Source: Myxococcales bacterium
Lineage (GTDB): Bacteria > Lernaellota > Lernaellaia > Lernaellales > Lernaellaceae
Assembly (NCBI GenBank): GCA_012517325.1
Contig: JAAYVF010000107.1
Span: 3,032 to 67,031 of the forward strand
Direction: 5' to 3'
Length of the DNA: 64,000 nt
A model generated the notes under the pieces. That model had not been told where the DNA came from, did not search any database, and worked only from the letters and a program-made list of their open reading frames with translations. The position numbers and the translations under genes are program-made. Positions 61,683-64,000 of this stretch are shown piece after piece (position 1 is the first letter of the stretch; every line of letters begins with the position of its first letter).

Positions 61683-63802
61683 TGGCGTCCCTCCAACATC
61701 TTTTCGCCGTCGAAGTAGTAGTTCCAACTCGAATCGCCGTAATCGTCGTACGGCGGCCGGATGCGGATCGTGTGGCTGACGTTCGGGTCGTCGTCATAAG
61801 GATACCAATATAGGATTCCCCGCTCGGGATCGTAGAGGCAGCGGCCGTCGGAAACGTAGACGTAGAAGCCCTGGGCGAATTTCGCCTTCGGAATGGTGAT
61901 TTCGGTCGGCGCCGACGATTCCAGGCCGAGCATCTCCAGATTGAATTCCTGGTAGGGGGTCGGTACGCCGGGCCGCGGGTCGTAGTAGGCCAGCGGCGAG
62001 TTGTATTTGTAGGAAACCAGCCGGCCCGAGGTGAAGCGCGGCGTGATGCGGCTGTAGGCGTCGCTGGCGCGCGGCTGCTGGTTGGTGTCGAGGATCGAGA
62101 AGTCCTCGCGGTTCCAGCCTTCGCCCCACAGCGCGGTGTTTTCGCTGGAGTAGCACCAGATCGAGCGGTTGATCAGGTTCGCCTCGAGGGTGTCGTAATA
62201 GTTGTCGATGATGTGGGCCGGCACGATGAAATCGGATTCGGTCGCTTTCTCGATGCCGCCCAGGTTGAAGTAGGTGCCGAACTCGCCGAGGATCACCGGC
62301 ACGTTGCCCAGCGAGAAGGACGCCTGCTTGATCGCGCCGAGAATTCCCTCGCTGTAGTCGCGGAAACTGATTTCGTCGACGGTGAAGTCGCGCGGAGTCG
62401 GGTTGTAGCTGAGCACGAACGGATAGACGTCGGCGTAGTAGTGCGGTCCGAAAGCCAGTTGGTTGATGCCCTCGGGCGCGAGCATCGGCGTGATGTAAAA
62501 GCCGAACAACCCGGCCGTGTCGTCCAGCCCGATCGTCGACTCGATCACGATGATCGCGTCCGGATCTTCCGCCTGCACGGCCTGGCCGACCCGGCTGAAG
62601 AACGGCTGCAGGAAGTTCCGGTTGAAATTCGAGTTCAGCCCGAACGCCGCCGTCAGGTCGGGCTTGTAGGGGCTTTCGCCGAGCGGGAAGCCCGACGCCT
62701 CGAACTCGTCGGGAGTGCGCGGCAGTTCGACCCAATTCAGATACAGGTCGCGCATGATCACCAGGTCGCTTTCAGGCATGCCGCTGCGGCGCAATTGTTC
62801 CAGGACGATGTCGACCTGGTCTTCCACCTGCTGCTGGCTCAGAACGTTGTCCGTCGTGTCCTTGGCTTCCTGGTAGAGCAGGGCGTAGAGCGTATAGACG
62901 ACGTACAGGCCGAGCGGTTCGTTGATCAGGTCGTAGCCCAGCACGTTCGGATACGACTTGACGCGTTTGACGATCTGGAGCCACGCGTTGGCGAAGGAAT
63001 CCTGTAGGTAGTCCTGAACGTTCTTGCCGTCCACGAGGTAATTGGGATAAAGCGTTTTGCCCGCGAAGAAGGTGGCGGAACAGCGGGCGACGTCGAGCGA
63101 CAGGAAATTGTCGACTCCCCAATGCAGGGGCAGCATGTCGCTGGTTTCGCGCTGGTCGCCGACCAGCGAGCGCGGCAGGCCCCACTGCGGGCCGCCGACG
63201 TTCTTTTCGGGCAAGCCCAGTTGCACCACCCAGCGCGGCGCGCCGTCGCCCTGGATCACGTCGTTGAACGGCGGCGAGGCGAAGTCCTCGAGGCCGGGCA
63301 GGGTCTCCAGTGCGTTGCCGCCGGAGTCGTCGACGTAATATTTGCGCAGCCAGCGCGAAAACAGATCCTGGTGCATGTCGAGCATCACGTAAATGCCGTA
63401 ATCATTGGCCTTGGCGACGATCTGCTCGATGTAATCGAGATATTCCTCGTCGTACTCGCCGCTGACCTCGGGCTCCACGCCTTCCCAGATCACCAGCAGC
63501 CGGATGAAGTTGAAGCCCAGGTCGCGTAGCTTGGCGAAGTTGGCGTCGGCCTCGTCCAACGGAAACGGCTTGCCGGTGTAGGAGACCGGGTCGACCGTCG
63601 CGGGCAGTTTGGTGCTGCCGCTGACGTTGGCGCCGTGGAGAAAGAGGTAGCGGCCGTATTCGTCTTTGAAATAATTGTTTTGGGTGTGGATGCGGGTGAT
63701 GCTGTGGGTGGCCTGATCGTCGAGGGTGTAATCGTCCTCGGCGCAGGCGATGCACCACAACAGGCATCCGAGAGCAAGGAATAGGGTGAGGCTTCGACGC
63801 AT
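61679..63802 (-). CDS. GH5 glycoside hydrolase lipoprotein, endoglycoceramidase-like, paralog of 54585..56705
   Basis: It opens MRRSLTLFLALGCLLWCIAC|AEDDY and shows the same LDMHQDLFS, LINEPLG, VILGEFG and APTEITIP blocks. Confidence 0.65.
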   Translation of the reverse strand: MRRSLTLFLALGCLLWCIACAEDDYTLDDQATHSITRIHTQNNYFKDEYGRYLFLHGANVSGSTKLPATVDPVSYTGKPFPLDEADANFAKLRDLGFNFIRLLVIWEGVEPEVSGEYDEEYLDYIEQIVAKANDYGIYVMLDMHQDLFSRWLRKYYVDDSGGNALETLPGLEDFASPPFNDVIQGDGAPRWVVQLGLPEKNVGGPQWGLPRSLVGDQRETSDMLPLHWGVDNFLSLDVARCSATFFAGKTLYPNYLVDGKNVQDYLQDSFANAWLQIVKRVKSYPNVLGYDLINEPLGLYVVYTLYALLYQEAKDTTDNVLSQQQVEDQVDIVLEQLRRSGMPESDLVIMRDLYLNWVELPRTPDEFEASGFPLGESPYKPDLTAAFGLNSNFNRNFLQPFFSRVGQAVQAEDPDAIIVIESTIGLDDTAGLFGFYITPMLAPEGINQLAFGPHYYADVYPFVLSYNPTPRDFTVDEISFRDYSEGILGAIKQASFSLGNVPVILGEFGTYFNLGGIEKATESDFIVPAHIIDNYYDTLEANLINRSIWCYSSENTALWGEGWNREDFSILDTNQQPRASDAYSRITPRFTSGRLVSYKYNSPLAYYDPRPGVPTPYQEFNLEMLGLESSAPTEITIPKAKFAQGFYVYVSDGRCLYDPERGILYWYPYDDDPNVSHTIRIRPPYDDYGDSSWNYYFDGEKMLEGRQ

Positions 63803-63937
63803 GGCGAGATCTCCTTTGTCGCGCCGGGGAGTCGCCCGCCCGGAAAAAGGTCGGGGCCCCCCGTAGAAAGTGGGCCTTTTGAGTCGAGTGCGTCTTGGTG
63901 TAACATAGGGCCGCTTTTTTGTGAAGGAGGCCGATGA

Positions 63938-64000
63938 ATGCGTCGTTTGCATTGGTTGATGCTCGTGTTTCTGCTGGTGCTGTTTGCGGCTGCCTGCGAC
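63938..64000 (+). CDS. N-terminus of another lipoprotein (truncated by the window end)
   Basis: GGAGG lies upstream. It reads MRRLHWLMLVFLLVLFAAAC|D... with lipobox AAAC and Asp at +2. Confidence 0.5.
   Translation, partial: MRRLHWLMLVFLLVLFAAACD

Overview
This is a 64 kb, high-GC (roughly 65-70% by eye), gene-dense bacterial chromosomal segment. I found no rRNA, tRNA, CRISPR array, IS element or transposase. Recognisable genes include a four-subunit 2-oxoacid:ferredoxin oxidoreductase operon (korDABG-type), mutS2, glnA, a glyoxylate-shunt pair (malate synthase and isocitrate lyase), a type-II NADH dehydrogenase, an SSS-family sodium:solute symporter, a lipid-A-type acyltransferase and a DUF134/NifX-like/FmdB/ferredoxin cluster. 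A sugar-modification cluster (DUF115, formyltransferase, acylneuraminate-type cytidylyltransferase, polyprenol-kinase-like protein and two radical SAM proteins) lies near two TPR-containing GT-C (TMTC/PMT-like) glycosyltransferases. The window is rich in lipoproteins and secreted proteins whose mature N- or C-termini carry poly-Asp/Asn linkers encoded by 9-nt tandem repeats. Three secreted proteins end in the same C-terminal motif, an acidic linker followed by -GCGC-COOH; one of these is in a ~38% GC island. A second low-GC island (42.5-49.0 kb) carries a five-gene, translationally coupled module: an ExbB/TolQ/MotA-like proton-channel protein with a ~300 aa N-terminal extra-cytoplasmic extension, an ExbD/TolR-like protein, a TonB/TolA-like architecture protein with a Gly-rich linker, and two signal-peptide proteins. 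This is a candidate undescribed Ton/Tol-like energy-transducing system. Two paralogous cassettes of a GH5 endoglycoceramidase-like lipoprotein plus an outer-membrane beta-barrel flank the SSS transporter in inverted orientation. A ~145-nt structured element occurs twice, at 38.6 kb and 50.4 kb. Many long antisense ORFs in the six-frame track are GC-driven artefacts and were rejected.
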